Assembly: GCF_009914755.1 (NCBI RefSeq)
Contig: NC_060944.1
Direction: 5' to 3' (one strand)
DNA from: the human T2T-CHM13v2.0 reference genome, Homo sapiens
DNA: 64,000 nucleotides
Below are positions 1 through 12,637 of the stretch, piece by piece. The notes below the pieces were generated by a model. The model searched no databases, was not told where the DNA came from, and saw nothing but the letters and a program-made list of their open reading frames with translations. Each line of letters begins with the position of its first letter. Position 1 is the first letter of the stretch. Made by a program: the position numbers and the translations under genes.

Positions 1-1367
1 AGGTTCAACTCTGTGAGTTGAATGCACACATCACAAAGACGTTTCTGAGAATGCTTCTGCTCTAGTATTTTTGTGAAGGTGTTTCCTTTTCCACCATAGG
101 CCTCAAAGCGCTCCAAATATCCACTTGCAGATTCTTCAGAAAGAGTGTTTCAAAACTGCGCAATCATAGGAAAAGTTCAACTCTGTGAGTTGAAGGCACA
201 CAACACAAAGAAGTTTCTGAGAATGCTTCTGCCTAGTTTTTATGTGAAGATATTTCCTTTTACACCATAGGCCTCAAACTGCTCCAAATATCCACTTGTG
301 GATTCTACAAAAAGACTTTTTCAAAACTTCTCAATCAAAGGTAAGGTTCAACTCTGTGAGTTGAATGCACATAACACAAACAAGTTTCTGAGAATGCTGC
401 TGTCTAGATTTTATGTGTGGATATTTCGTTTTCCACCATAGGCATCAAAGCGCTCCAAATATCCAACCGCAGATTGTACAAAAATAGTGTTTCAAAACTG
501 CTCTATCAAATAAAAAGGTTCAACTCTGTGAGTTGAATGCACACATCACAAAGAAGTTCCTGAGAATGATTCTGCTCTAGTTTTTTTTGTGAAGGTGTTT
601 CCTTTTCCACCATAGGCCTCAAAGCGCTCCAAATATCCACTTTCAGATTCCTGAAAAAGAGTGTTTTAAAACTCCTCTATCAACATAAATGTTCAACTCT
701 GTGAGTTGAATGCACTCATCACAAAGATATTTCTGAGAATGCTTCCGCCTGGTTTTTATGTGTAGGTATTTCCTTTTCCACCATAGACCTCAGAGCACTC
801 CAAATATCCACTTTCAGATTCTAGAAAAAGAGTGATTTAAAACTGCTCTATCAACAGAAAGGTTCGACTCTGTGAGTTGAATGCACTTATCACAAAGAAG
901 TTTCTGAGAATGCTTCTGTCTAGTTTTTAAGTGAAGATATTTCCTTTTCCACCATAAGCCTCAAAGCGCTCCAAATATCTACTTACAGATTCTACAAAAA
1001 GAGTTTCAAAACTGCTCTACAAAAGAAAGGTTCAACTCTGTGAGTTGAATTCACACATCACAAAGAAGTTTCAGAGAATGCTTCTGTCTAGTTTTTATGT
1101 GAAGATATTTCCTTTTACACCATAGGCCTCAAACCGCTCCAAATATCCACTTGCAGATTCTGCAAAAAGACTTATTCAAAACTGCTCAATCAAAGGAAAG
1201 GTCAACTCTGTGAGTTGAATGCATACAACACAAACAAGTTTCTGAGAATGCTGCTGTCTAGTTTTTATGTGCGGATATTTCCTTTTCCACCATAGGCATG
1301 AAAGCGCTCCAAATATCCAACTGCAGATTCTACAAAAAGAGTGTTTCAAAACTGCTCTATCAAAGAA
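1..1367 (-). repeat. Reference canonical 8-mer HOR unit: A 1-172, B 173-343, C 344-515, D 516-688, E 689-859, F 860-1027, G 1028-1198, H 1199-1367
   Basis: Diagnostic words: A GACGTTTC/ATTCTTCAGA; B CTTGTGGATTC; C CCAACCGCAGATTGTAC; D ATTCCTGAAAAAG/ACTCCTCT; E CTTCCGCCT/GTGTAGG; F GTTCGACT/TCTACTTACAG; G GAATTCAC/TTCAGAGAA; H AGGTCAAC/CAACTGCAG. Lengths 172+171+172+173+171+168+171+169 = 1367. Confidence 0.95.
83..99 (+). other. A-box / pJalpha-type motif (example; present at the equivalent position of every monomer type in place of a CENP-B box)
   Basis: TTCCTTTTCCACCATAG here; TTCCTTTTACACCATAG in B/G; TTCGTTTTCCACCATAG in C; TTCCTTTTCCACCATAA in F. The CENP-B box (TCCCGTTTCCAACGAAG on this strand) was not seen. 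Confidence 0.85.
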
Positions 1368-2734
1368 AGGTTCAACTCTGTGAGTTGAATGCACACATCA
1401 CAAAGACGTTTCTGAGAATGCTTCTGCTCTAGTTTTTTTGTGAAGGTGTTTCCTTTTCCACAATAGGCCTCAAAGCGCTCCAAATATCCACTTGCAGATT
1501 CTTCAGAAAGAGTGTTTCAAAACTGCTCAATCATAGGAAAAGTTCAACTCTGTGAGTTGAATGCACACAACACAAAGAAGTTTCTGAGAATGCTTCTGTC
1601 TAGTTTTTATGTGAAGATATTTCCTTTTACACCATAGGCCTCAAACTGCTCCAAATATCCACTTGTGGATTCTACAAAAAGACTTTTTCAAAACTGCTCA
1701 ATCAAAGGAAAGGTTCAACTCTGTGAGTTGAATGCACACAACACAAACAAGTTTCTGAGAATGCTGCTGTCTAGATTTTATGTGCGGATATTTCCTTTTC
1801 CACCATAGGCATCAAAGCGCTCCAAATATCCAACCGCAGATTGTACAAAAATAGTGTTTCAAAACTGCTCTATCAAAAAAAAAGGTTCAACTCTGTGAGT
1901 TGAATGCACACATCACAAAGAAGTTTCTGAGAATGCTTCTGCTCTAGTTTTTTTTGTGAAGGTGTTTCCTTTTCCACCATAGGCCTCAAAGCGCTCCAAA
2001 TATCCACTTTCAGATTCCTGAAAAAGAGTGTTTTAAAACTCCTCTATCAACATAAATGTTCAACTCTGTGAGTTGAATGCACTCATCACAAAGATAGTTC
2101 TGAGAATGCTTCCGCCTAGTTTTTATGTGTAGGTATTTCCTTTTCCACCATAGGCTTCAGAGCACTCCAAATATCCACTTTCAGATTCTAGAAAAAGAGT
2201 GATTTAAAACTGCTCTATCAACAGAAAGGTTCGACTCTGTGAGTTGAATGCACTTATCACAAAGAAGTTTCTGAGAATGCTTCTGTCTAGTTTTTATGTG
2301 AAGATATTTCCTTTTCCACCATAAGCCTCAAAGCGCTCCAAATATCTACTTACAGATTCTACAAAAAGAGTTTCAAAACTGCTCTACAAAAGCAAGGTTC
2401 AACTCTGTGAGTTGAATTCACACATCACAAAGAAGTTTCAGAGAATGCTTCTGTCTAGTTTTTATGTGAAGATATTTCCTTTTACACCATAGGCCTCAAA
2501 CCGCTCCAAATATCCACTTGCAGATTCTGCAAAAAGACTTTTTCAAAACTGCTCAATCAAAGGAAAGGTCAACTCTGTGAGTTGAATGCACACAACACAA
2601 ACAAGTTTCTGAGAATGCTGCTGTCTAGTTTTTATGTGCGGATATTTCCTTTTCCACCATAGGCATCAAAGCGCTCCAAATATCCAACTGCAGATTCTAC
2701 AAAAAGAGTGTTTCAAAACTGCTCTATCAAAGAA

Positions 2735-4272
2735 AGGTTCAACTCTGTGAGTTGAATGCACACATCACAAAGACGTTTCTGAGAATGCTTCTGCTCTAGT
2801 ATTTTTGTGAAGGTGTTTCCTTTTCCACCATAGGCCTCAAAGCGCTCCAAATATCCACTTGCAGATTCTTCAGAAAGAGTGTTTCAAAACTGCGCAATCA
2901 TAGGAAAAGTTCAACTCTGTGAGTTGAAGGCACACAACACAAAGAAGTTTCTGAGAATGCTTCTGCCTAGTTTTTATGTGAAGATATTTCCTTTTACACC
3001 ATAGGCCTCAAACTGCTCCAAATATCCACTTGTGGATTCTACAAAAAGACTTTTTCAAAACTGCTCAATCAAAGGTAAGGTTCAACTCTGTGAGTTGAAT
3101 GCACATAACACAAACAAGTTTCTGAGAATGCTGCTGTCTAGATTTTATGTGCGGATATTTCGTTTTCCACCATAGGCATCAAAGCGCTCCAAATATCCAA
3201 CCGCAGATTGTACAAAAATAGTGTTTCAAAACTGCTCTATCAAATAAAAAGGTTCAACTCTGTGAGTTGAATGCACACAACAGAAACAAGTTTCTGAGAA
3301 TGCTGCTGTCTAGATTTTATGTGCGGATATTTCGTTTTCCACCACAGGCATCAAAGCGCTCCAAATATCCAACCGCAGATTGTACAAAAATAGTGTTTCA
3401 AAACTGCTCTATCAAAAAAAAAGGTTCAACTCTGTGAGTTGAATGCACACATCACAAAGAAGTTTCTGAGAATGCTTCTGCTCTAGTTTTTTTTGTGAAG
3501 GTGTTTCCTTTTCCACCATAGGCCTCAAAGCGCTCCAAATATCCACTTTCAGATTTCTGAAAAAGAGTGTTTTAAAACTCCTCTATCAACATAAGTGTTC
3601 AACTCTGTGAGTTGAATGCACTCATCACAAAATATTTCTGAGAATTCTTCCGCCTAGTTTTTATGTGTAGGTATTTCCTTTTCCACCATAGGCCTCAAAG
3701 CACTCCAAATATCCACTTTCAGATTCTAGAAAAAGAGTGATTTAAAACTGCTCTATCAACAGAAAGGTTCGATTCTGTGAGTTGAATGCACTTATCACAA
3801 AGAAGTTTCTGAGAATGCTTCTGTCTAGTTTTTATGTGAAGATATTTCCTTTTCCACCATAAGCCTCAAAGCGCTCCAAATATCTACTTACAGATTCTAC
3901 AAAAAGGGTTTCAAAACTGCTCTACAAAAGAAAGGTTCAACTCTGCGAGTTGAATTCACACATCACAAAGAAGTTTCAGAGAATGCTTCTGTCTAGTTTT
4001 TACGTGAAGATATTTCCTTTTACACCTTAGGCCTCCAACCACTCCAAATATCCACTTGCAGATTCTGCAAAAAGACTTTTTCAAAACTGCTCAATCAAAG
4101 GAAAGGTCAACTCTGTGAGTTGAATGCACACAACACAAACAAGTTTCTGAGAATGCTGCTGTCTAGTTTTTATGTGCGGATATTTCCTTTTCCACCGTAG
4201 GCATCAAAGCGCTCCAAATATCCAACTGCAGATTCTACAAAAAGAGTGTTTCAAAACTGCTCTATCAAGGAA
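2735..4272 (-). repeat. 9-mer HOR variant (A B C C D E F G H)
   Basis: Two consecutive C monomers at 3078-3249 and 3250-3421, both with TTCGTTTTCC and CCGCAGATTGTAC. Confidence 0.88.
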
Positions 4273-5639
4273 AGGTTCAACTCTGTGAGTTGAATGCACA
4301 CATCAAAAAGACGTTTCTGAGAATGCTTCTGCTCTAGTTTTTTTGTGAAGGTGTTACCTTTTCCACCGTAGGCCTCAAATCGCTCCAAGTATCCACTTGC
4401 AGATTCTTCAGAAAGAGTGTTTCAAAACTGCTCAATCATAGGAAAAGTTCAACTCTGTGAGTTGAATGCACACAACACAAAAAGTTTCTGAGAATGCTTC
4501 TGTCTAGTTTTTATGTGAAGATATTTCCTTTTACACCATAGGCCTCAAACTGCTCCAAATATCCACTTGTGGATTCTACAAAAAGACTTTTTCAAAACTG
4601 CTCAATCAAAGGAAAGGTTCAACTCTGTGAGTTGAATGCACACAACACAAACAAGTTTCTGAGAATGCTGCTGTCTAGATTTTATGTGCGGATATTTCGT
4701 TTTCCACCATAGGCATCAAAGAGCTCCAAATATCCAACCGCAGATTGTACAAAAATAGTGTTTCAAAACTGCTCTATCAAAAAAAAAGATTCAACTCTGT
4801 GAGTTGAATGCACACATCACAAAGAAGTTTCTGAGAATGCTTCTGCTCTAGTTTTTTTTGTGAAGGTGTTTCCTTTTCCACAATAGGCCTCAAAGCGCTC
4901 CAAATATCCACTTTCAGATTCCTGAAAAAGAGTGTTTTAAAACTCCTCTATCAACATAAATGTTCAACTCTGTGAGTTGAATGCACTCATCACAAAGATA
5001 TTTCTGAGAATGCTTCCGCCTAGTTTTTATGTGTAGGTATTTCCTTTTCCACCATAGGCCACAGAGCACTCCAAATATCCACTTTCAGATTCTAGAAAAA
5101 GAGTGATTTAAAACTGCCCTATCAACAGAAAGGTTCGACTCTGTGTGTTGAATGCACTTATCACAAAGAAGTTTCTGAGAATGCTTCTGTCTAGTTTTTA
5201 TGTGAAGATATTTCCTTTTCCACCATAAGCCTCAAAGCGCTCCAAATATCTACTTACAGATTCTACAAAAAGGGTTTCAAAACTGCTCTACAAAAGAAAG
5301 GTTCAACTCTGCGAGTTGAATTCACACATCACAAAGAAGTTTCAGAGAATGCTTCTGTCTAGTTTTTACGTGAAGATATTTCCTTTTACACCTTAGGCCT
5401 CAAACCACTCCAAATATCCACTTGCAGATTCTGTAAAAAGACTTTTTCACAACTGCTCAATCAAAGGAAAGGTGAACTCTGTGAGTTGAATGCACACAAC
5501 ACAAACAAGTTTCTGAGAATGCTGCTGTCTAGTTTTTATGTGCGGATATTTCCTTTTCCAACCGTAGGCATCAAAGCGCTCCAAATATCCAACTGCAGAT
5601 TCTACAAAAAGAGTGTTTCAAAACTGCTCTATCAAGGAA

Positions 5640-7515
5640 AGGTTCAACTCTGTGAGTTGAATGCACACATCAAAGAGACGTTTCTGAGAATGCTTCTGCT
5701 CTAGTTTTTTTGTGAAGGTGTTACCTTTTCCACCATAGGCCTCAAATCGCTCCAAGTATCCACTTGCAGATTCTTCAGAAAGAGTGTTTCAAAACTGCTC
5801 AATCATAGGAAAAGTTCAACTCTGTGAGTTGAATGCACACAACACAAAAAGTTTCTGAGAATGCTTCTGTCTAGTTTTTATGTGAAGATATTTCCTTTTA
5901 CACCATAGGCCTCAAACTGCTCCAAATATCCACTTGTGGATTCTACAAAAAGACTTTTTCAAAACTGCTCAATCAAAGGAAAGGTTCAACTCTGTGAGTT
6001 GAATGCACACAACACAAACAAGTTTCTGAGAATGCTGCTGTCTAGATTTTATGTGCGGATATTTCATTTTCCACCATAGGCATCAAAGCGCTCCAAATAT
6101 CCAACCGCAGATTGTACAAAAATAGTGTTTCAAAACTGCTCTATCAAAAAAAAAGGTTCAACTCTGTGAGTTGAATGCACACATCACAAAGAAGTTTCTG
6201 AGAATGCTTCTGCTCCAGTTTTTTTTGTGAAGGTGTTTCCTTTTCCACCATAGGCCTCAAAGCGCTCCAAATATCCACTTTCAGATTCCTGAAAAAGAGT
6301 GTTTTAAAACTCCTCTATCAACATAAATGTTCAACTCTGTGAGTTGAATGCACTCATCACAAAGATATTTCTGAGAATGCTTCCGCCTAGTTTTTATGTG
6401 TAGGTATTTCCTTTTCCACCATAGGCCTCAGAGCACTCCAAATATCCACTTTCAGATTCTAGAAAAAGAGTGATTTAAAACTGCTCTATCAACAGAAAGG
6501 TTCGACTCTGTGAGTTGAATGCACTTATCACAAAGAAGTTTCTGAGAATGCTTCTGTCTAGTTTTTATGTGAAGATATTTCCTTTTCCACCATAAGCCTC
6601 AAAGCGCTCCAAATATCTACTTACAGATTCTACAAAAAGAGTTTCAAAACTGCTCTACAAAAGAAAGGTTCAACTCTGCGAGTTGAATTCACACATCACA
6701 AAGAAGTTTCAGAGAATGCTTCTGTCTAGTTTTTACGTGAAGATATTTCCTTTTACACCATAGGACTCAAACCGCTCCAAATATCCACTTGCAGATTCCT
6801 GAAAAAGAGTGTTTTAAAACTCCTCTATCAACATAAATGTTCAACTCTGTGAGTTGAATGCACTCATCACAAAGATATTTCTGAGAATGCTTCCGCCTAG
6901 TTTTTATGTGTAGGTATTTCCTTTTCCACCATAGGCCTCAAAGCACTCCAAATATCCACTTTCAGATTCTAGAAAAAGAGTGATTTAAAACTGTTCTATC
7001 AACAGAAAGGTTCGACTCTGTGAGTTGAATGCACTTATCACAAAGAAGTTTCTGAGAATGCTTCTGTCTAGTTTTTATGTGAAGATATTTCCTTTTCCAC
7101 CATAAGCCTCAAAGCGCTCCAAATATCTACGTACAGATTCTACAAAAAGAGTTTCAAAACTGCTCTACAAAAGAAAGGTTCAACTCTGCGAGTTGAATTC
7201 ACACATCACAAACAAGTTTCAGAGAATCCTTCTGTCTAGTTTTTATGTGAAGATATTTCCTTTTACACCATAGGCCTCAAACCGCTCCAAATATCAACTT
7301 GCAGATTCTGCAAAAAGACTTTTTCAAAACTGCTCAATCAAAGGAAAGGTCAACTCTGTGAGTTGAATGCACACAACACAAACAAGTTTCTGAGAATGCT
7401 GCTGTCTACTTTTTATGTGCGGATATTTCCTTTTCCACCATAGGCATCAAAGCGCTCCAAATATCCAACTGCAGATTCTACAAAAAGAGTGTTTCAAAAC
7501 TGCTCTATCAAAGAA
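5640..7515 (-). repeat. 11-mer HOR variant (A B C D E F G/D E F G H), copy 1
   Basis: G monomer switches to the D tail within CAGATTC at ~6792-6798 (CACTTGCAGATTC|CTGAAAAAGAGTGTTTTAAAACTCC); A-to-A distance 1876. Confidence 0.88.
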
Positions 7516-9393
7516 AGGTTCAACTCTGTGAGTTGAATGCACACATCACAAAGACGTTTCTGAGAATGCTTCTGCTCTAGTTTTTTTGTGAAGGTGTTTC
7601 CTTTTCCACCATAGGCCTCAAAGCGCTCCAAATATCCACTTGCAGATTCTTCAGAAAGAGTGTTTCAAAACTGCTCAATCATAGGAAAAGTTCAACTCTG
7701 TGAGTTGAATGCACACAACACAAAGAAGTTTCTGAGAATGCTTCTGTCTAGTTTTTATGTGAAGATATTTCCTTTTACACCATAGGCCTCAAACTGCTCC
7801 AAATATCCACTTGTGGATTCTACAAAAAGACTTTTTCAAAACTGCTCAATCAAAGGAAAGGTTCAACTCTGTGAGCTGAATGCACACAACACAAACAAGT
7901 TTCTGAGAATGCTGCTGTCTAGATTTTATGTGCGGATATTTCGTTTTCCACCATCGGCAACAAAGCGCTCCAATTATCCAACCGCAGATTGTACAAAAAT
8001 AGTGTTTCAAGACTGCTCTATCAAAAAAAAAGTTTCAACTCTGTGAGTTGAATGCACACATCACAAAGAAGTTTCTGAGAATGCTTCTGCTCTAGTTTTT
8101 TTTTCTGAAGGTGTTTCCTTTTCCACCATAGGCCTCAAAGCGCTCCAAATATCCACTTTCAGATTCCTGAAAAAGAGTGTTTTAAAACTCCTCTATCAAC
8201 ATAAATGTTCAACTCTGTGAGTTGAATGCACTCATCACAAAGATATTTCTGAGAATGCTTCCGCCTAGTTTTTATGTGTAGGTATTTCCTTTTCCACCAT
8301 AGGCCTCAGAGCACTCCAAATATCCACTTTCAGATTCTAGAAAAAGAGTGATTTAAAACTGCTCTATCAACAGAAAGGTTCGACTCTGTGAGTTGAATGC
8401 ACTTATCACAAAGAAGTTTCTGAGAATGCTTCTGTCTAGTTTTTATGTGAAGATATTTCCTTTTCCACCATAAGCCTCAAAGCGCTCCAAATATCTACTT
8501 ACAGATTCTACAAAAAGAGTTTCAAAACTGCTCTACAAAAGAAAGGTTCAACTCTGCGAGTTGAATTCACACATCACAAAGAAGTTTCAGAGAATGCTTC
8601 TGTCTTGGTTTTACGTGAAGATATTTCCTTTTACACCATAGGCCTCAAACCGCTCCAAATATCCACTTGCAGATTCCTGAAAAAGAGTGTTTTAAAACTC
8701 CTCTATCAACATAAATGTTCAACTCTGTGATTTGAATGCACTCATCACAAAGATAATTCTGAGAATGCTTCCGCCTAGTTTTTATGTGTAGGTATTTCCT
8801 TTTCCACCATAGGCCTCAAAGCACTCCAAATATCCACTTTCAGATTCTAGAAAAAGAGTGATTTAAAACTGCTCTATCAACAGAAAGGTTCGACTCTGTG
8901 AGTTGAATGCACTTATCACAAAGAAGTTCCTGAGAATGCTTCTGTCTAGTTTTTATGTGAAGATATTTCCTTTTCCACCATAAGCCTCAAAGCGCTCCAA
9001 ATATCTACTTACAGATTCTACAAAAAGAGATTCAAAACTGCTCTACAAAAGAAAGGTTCAACTCTGCGAGTTGAATTCACACATCACAAACAAGTTTCAG
9101 AGAATGCTTCTGTCTAGTTTTTATGTGAAGATATTTCCTTTTACACCATAGGCCTCAAACCGCTCCAAATATCTACTTGCAGATTCTGCAAAAAGACTTT
9201 TTCAAAACTGCTCAATCAAAGGAAAGGTCAACTCTGTGAGTTGAATGCACACAACACAAACAAGTTTCTGAGAATGCTGCTGTCTAGTTTTTATGTGCGG
9301 ATATTTCCTTTTCCACCATAGGCATCAAAGCGCTCCAAATCTCCAACTGCAGATTCTACAAAAAGAGTGTTTCAAAACTGCTCTATCAAAGAG
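7516..9393 (-). repeat. 11-mer HOR variant, copy 2
   Basis: Same G/D junction at ~8670-8676; A-to-A distance 1878. Confidence 0.88.
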
Positions 9394-10759
9394 AGGTTCA
9401 ACTCTGTGAGTTGAATGCACACATCACAAAGACGTTTCTGAGAATGCTTCTGCTCTAGTTTTTTTGTGAAGGTGTTTCCTTTTCCACCATAGGCCTCAAA
9501 GCGCTCCAAATATCCACTTGCAGATTCTTCAGAAAGAGTGTTTCAAAACTGCTCAATCATAGGAAAAGTTCAACTCTGTGAGTTGAATGCACACAACACA
9601 AAGAAGTTTCTGAGAATGCTTCTGTCTAGTTTTTATGTGAAGATATTTCCTTTTACACCATAGGCCTCAAACTGCTCCAAATATCCACTTGTGGATTCTA
9701 CAAAAAGACTTTTTCAAACTGCTCAATCAAAGGAAAGGTTCAACTCTGGGAGCTGAATGCACACAACACAAACAAGTTTCTGAGAATGCTGCTGTCTAGA
9801 TTTTATGTGCGGATATTTCGTTTTCCACCATAGGCATCAAAGCGCTCCAAATGTCCAACCGCAGATTGTACCAAAATTGTGTTTCAAAACTGCTCTATCA
9901 AAAAAAAAGGTTCAACTCTGTGAGTTGAATGCACACATCACAAAGAAGTTTCTGAGAATGCTTCTGCTCTAGTTTTTTTTGTGAAGGTGTTTCCTTTTCC
10001 ACCATAGGCCTCAAAGCGCTCCAAATATCCACTTTCAGATTCCTGAAAAAGAGTGTTTTAAAACTCCTCTATCAACATAAATGTTCAACTCTGTGAGTTG
10101 AATGCACTCATCACAAAGATATTTCTGAGAATGCTTCCGCCTAGTTTTTATGTGTAGGTATTTCCTTTTCCACCATAGGCCTCAGAGCACTCCAAATATC
10201 CACTTTCAGATTATAGAAAAAGAGTGATTTAAAACTGCTCTATCAACAGAAAGGTTCGACTCGGTGAGTTGAATGCACTTATCACAAAGAAGTTTCTGAG
10301 AATGCTTCTGTCTAGTTTTTATGTGAAGATATTTCCTTTTCCACCATAAGCCTCAAAGAGCTCCAAATATCTACTTACAGGTTCTACAAAAAGAGTTTCA
10401 AAACTGCTCTACAAAAGAAAGGTTCAACTCTGCGAGTTGAATTCACACATCACAAAGAAGTTTCAGAGAATGCTTCTGTCTAGTTTTTATGTGAAGATAT
10501 TTCCTTTTAAACCATAGGCCTCAAACCGCTCCAAATATCCACTTGCAGATTCTGCAAAAAGACTTTTTCAAAACTGCTCAATCAAAGGAGAGGTCAACTC
10601 TGTGAGTTGAATGCACACAACACAAACAAGTTTCTGAGAATGCTGCTGTCTAGTTTTTATGTGCGGATATTTCCTTTTCCACCATAGGCATCAAAGCGCT
10701 CCAAATATCCAACTGCAGATTCTACAAAAAGAGTGTTTCAAAACTGCTCTATCAAAGAA

Positions 10760-12637
10760 AGGTTCAACTCTGTGAGTTGAATGCACACATCACAAAGACG
10801 TTTCTGAGAATGCTTCTGCTCTAGTTTTTTTGTGAAGGTGTTTCTTTTTCCACCATATGTCTCAAAGCGCTCCAAATATCCACTTGCAGATTCTTCAGAA
10901 AGAGTGTTTCAAAACTGCTCAATCATAGGAAAAGTTCAACTCTGTGAGTTGAATGCACACAACACAAAGAAGTTTCTGAGAATGCTTCTGTCTAGTTTTT
11001 ATGTGAAGATATTTCCTTTTACACCATAGGCCTCAAACTGCTCCAAATATCCACTTGTGGATTCTACAAAAAGACTTTTTCAAAACTGCTCAATCAAAGG
11101 AAAGGTTCAACTCTGTGAGTTGAATGCACCCAACACAAACAAGTTTCTGAGAACGCTGCTGTCTAGATTTTATGTGCGGATATTTCGTTTTCCACCATAG
11201 GCAACAAAGCGCTCCAATTATCCAACCACAGATTGTACAAAAATAGTGTTTCAAAACTGCTCTATCAAAAAAAAAGTTTCAACTCTGTGAGTTGAATGCA
11301 CACATCACAAAGAAGTTTCTGAGAATGCTTCTGCTCTAGTTTTTTTTTCTGAAGGTGTTTCCTTTTCCACCATAGGCCTCAAAGCGCTCCAAATATCCAC
11401 TTTCAGATTCCTGAAAAAGAGTGTTTTAAAACTCCTCTATCAACATAAATGTTCAACTCTGTGAGTTGAATGCACTCATCACAAAGATATTTCTGAGAAT
11501 GCTTCCGCCTAGTTTTTATGTGTAGGTATTTCCTTTTCCACCATAGGCCTCAGAGCACTCCAAATATCCACTTTCAGATTCTAGAAAAAGAGTGATTTAA
11601 AACTGCTCTATCAACAGAAAGGTTCGACTCTGTGAGTTGAATGCACTTATCACAAATAAGTTTCTGAGAATGCTTCTGTCTAGATTTTATGTGAAGATAT
11701 TTCCTTTTCCACCATAAGACTCAAAGCGCTCCAAATATCTACTTACAGATTCTACAAAAAGAGTTTCAAAACTGCTCTACAAAAGAAAGGTTCAACTCTG
11801 CGAGTTGAATTCACACATCACAAAGAAGTTTCAGAGAATGCTTCTGTCTAGTTTTTACGTGAAGATATTTCCTTTTACACCATAGGCCTCAAACCGCTCC
11901 AAATATCCACTTGCAGATTCCTGAAAAAGAGTGTTTTAAAACTCCTCTATCAACATAAATGTTCAACTCTGTGAGTTGAATGCACTCATCACAAAGATAT
12001 TTCTGAGAATGCTTCCGCCTAGTTTTTATGTGTAGGTATTTCCTTTTCCACCATAGGCCTCAGAGCACTCCAAATATCCACTTTCAGATTCTAGAAAAAG
12101 AGTGATTTAAAACTGCTCTATCAACAGAAAGGTTCGACTCTGTGAGTTGAATGCACTTATCACAAAGGAGTTTCTGAGAATGCTTCTGTCTAGTTTTTAT
12201 GTGAAGATATTTCCTTTTCCACCATAAGCCTCAAAGCGCTCCAAATATCTACTTACAGATTCTACAAAAAGAGTTTCAAAACTGCTCTACAAAAGAAAGG
12301 TTCAACTCTGCGAGTTGAATTCACACATCACAAAGAAGTTTCAGAGAATGCTTCTGTCTAGTTTTTATGTGAAGATATTACCTTTTACACCATAGGCCTC
12401 AAACCGCTCCAAATATCCACTTGCAGATTCTGAAAAAAGACTTTTTCAAAACTGCTCAATCAAAGGAAAGGTCAACTCTGTGAGTTGAATGCACACAACA
12501 CAAACAAGTTTCTGAGAATGCTGCTGTCTAGTTTTTATGTGCGGATATTTCCTTTTCCACCATAGGCATCAAAGCGCTCCAAATATCCAACTGCAGATTC
12601 TACAAAAAGAGTGTTTCAAAACTGCTCTATCAAAGAA
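10760..12637 (-). repeat. 11-mer HOR variant, copy 3
   Basis: Same G/D junction at ~11914-11920; A-to-A distance 1878. Confidence 0.88.

Noticed and set aside
424-441. TTTCGTT in monomer C resembling the start of a CENP-B box
   Set aside because: The sequence TTCGTTTTCCACCATAG lacks the A..CGGG half of the NTTCGNNNNANNCGGGN core on either strand; it is a single-base variant of the A-box.
1876-1960. A8-10 and T7-9 homopolymer runs (possible poly-A tails or terminators) and their length variation
   Set aside because: They are fixed parts of monomers C, D and A in every HOR, with no retroelement body or target-site duplication. One-base length differences may be sequencing noise.
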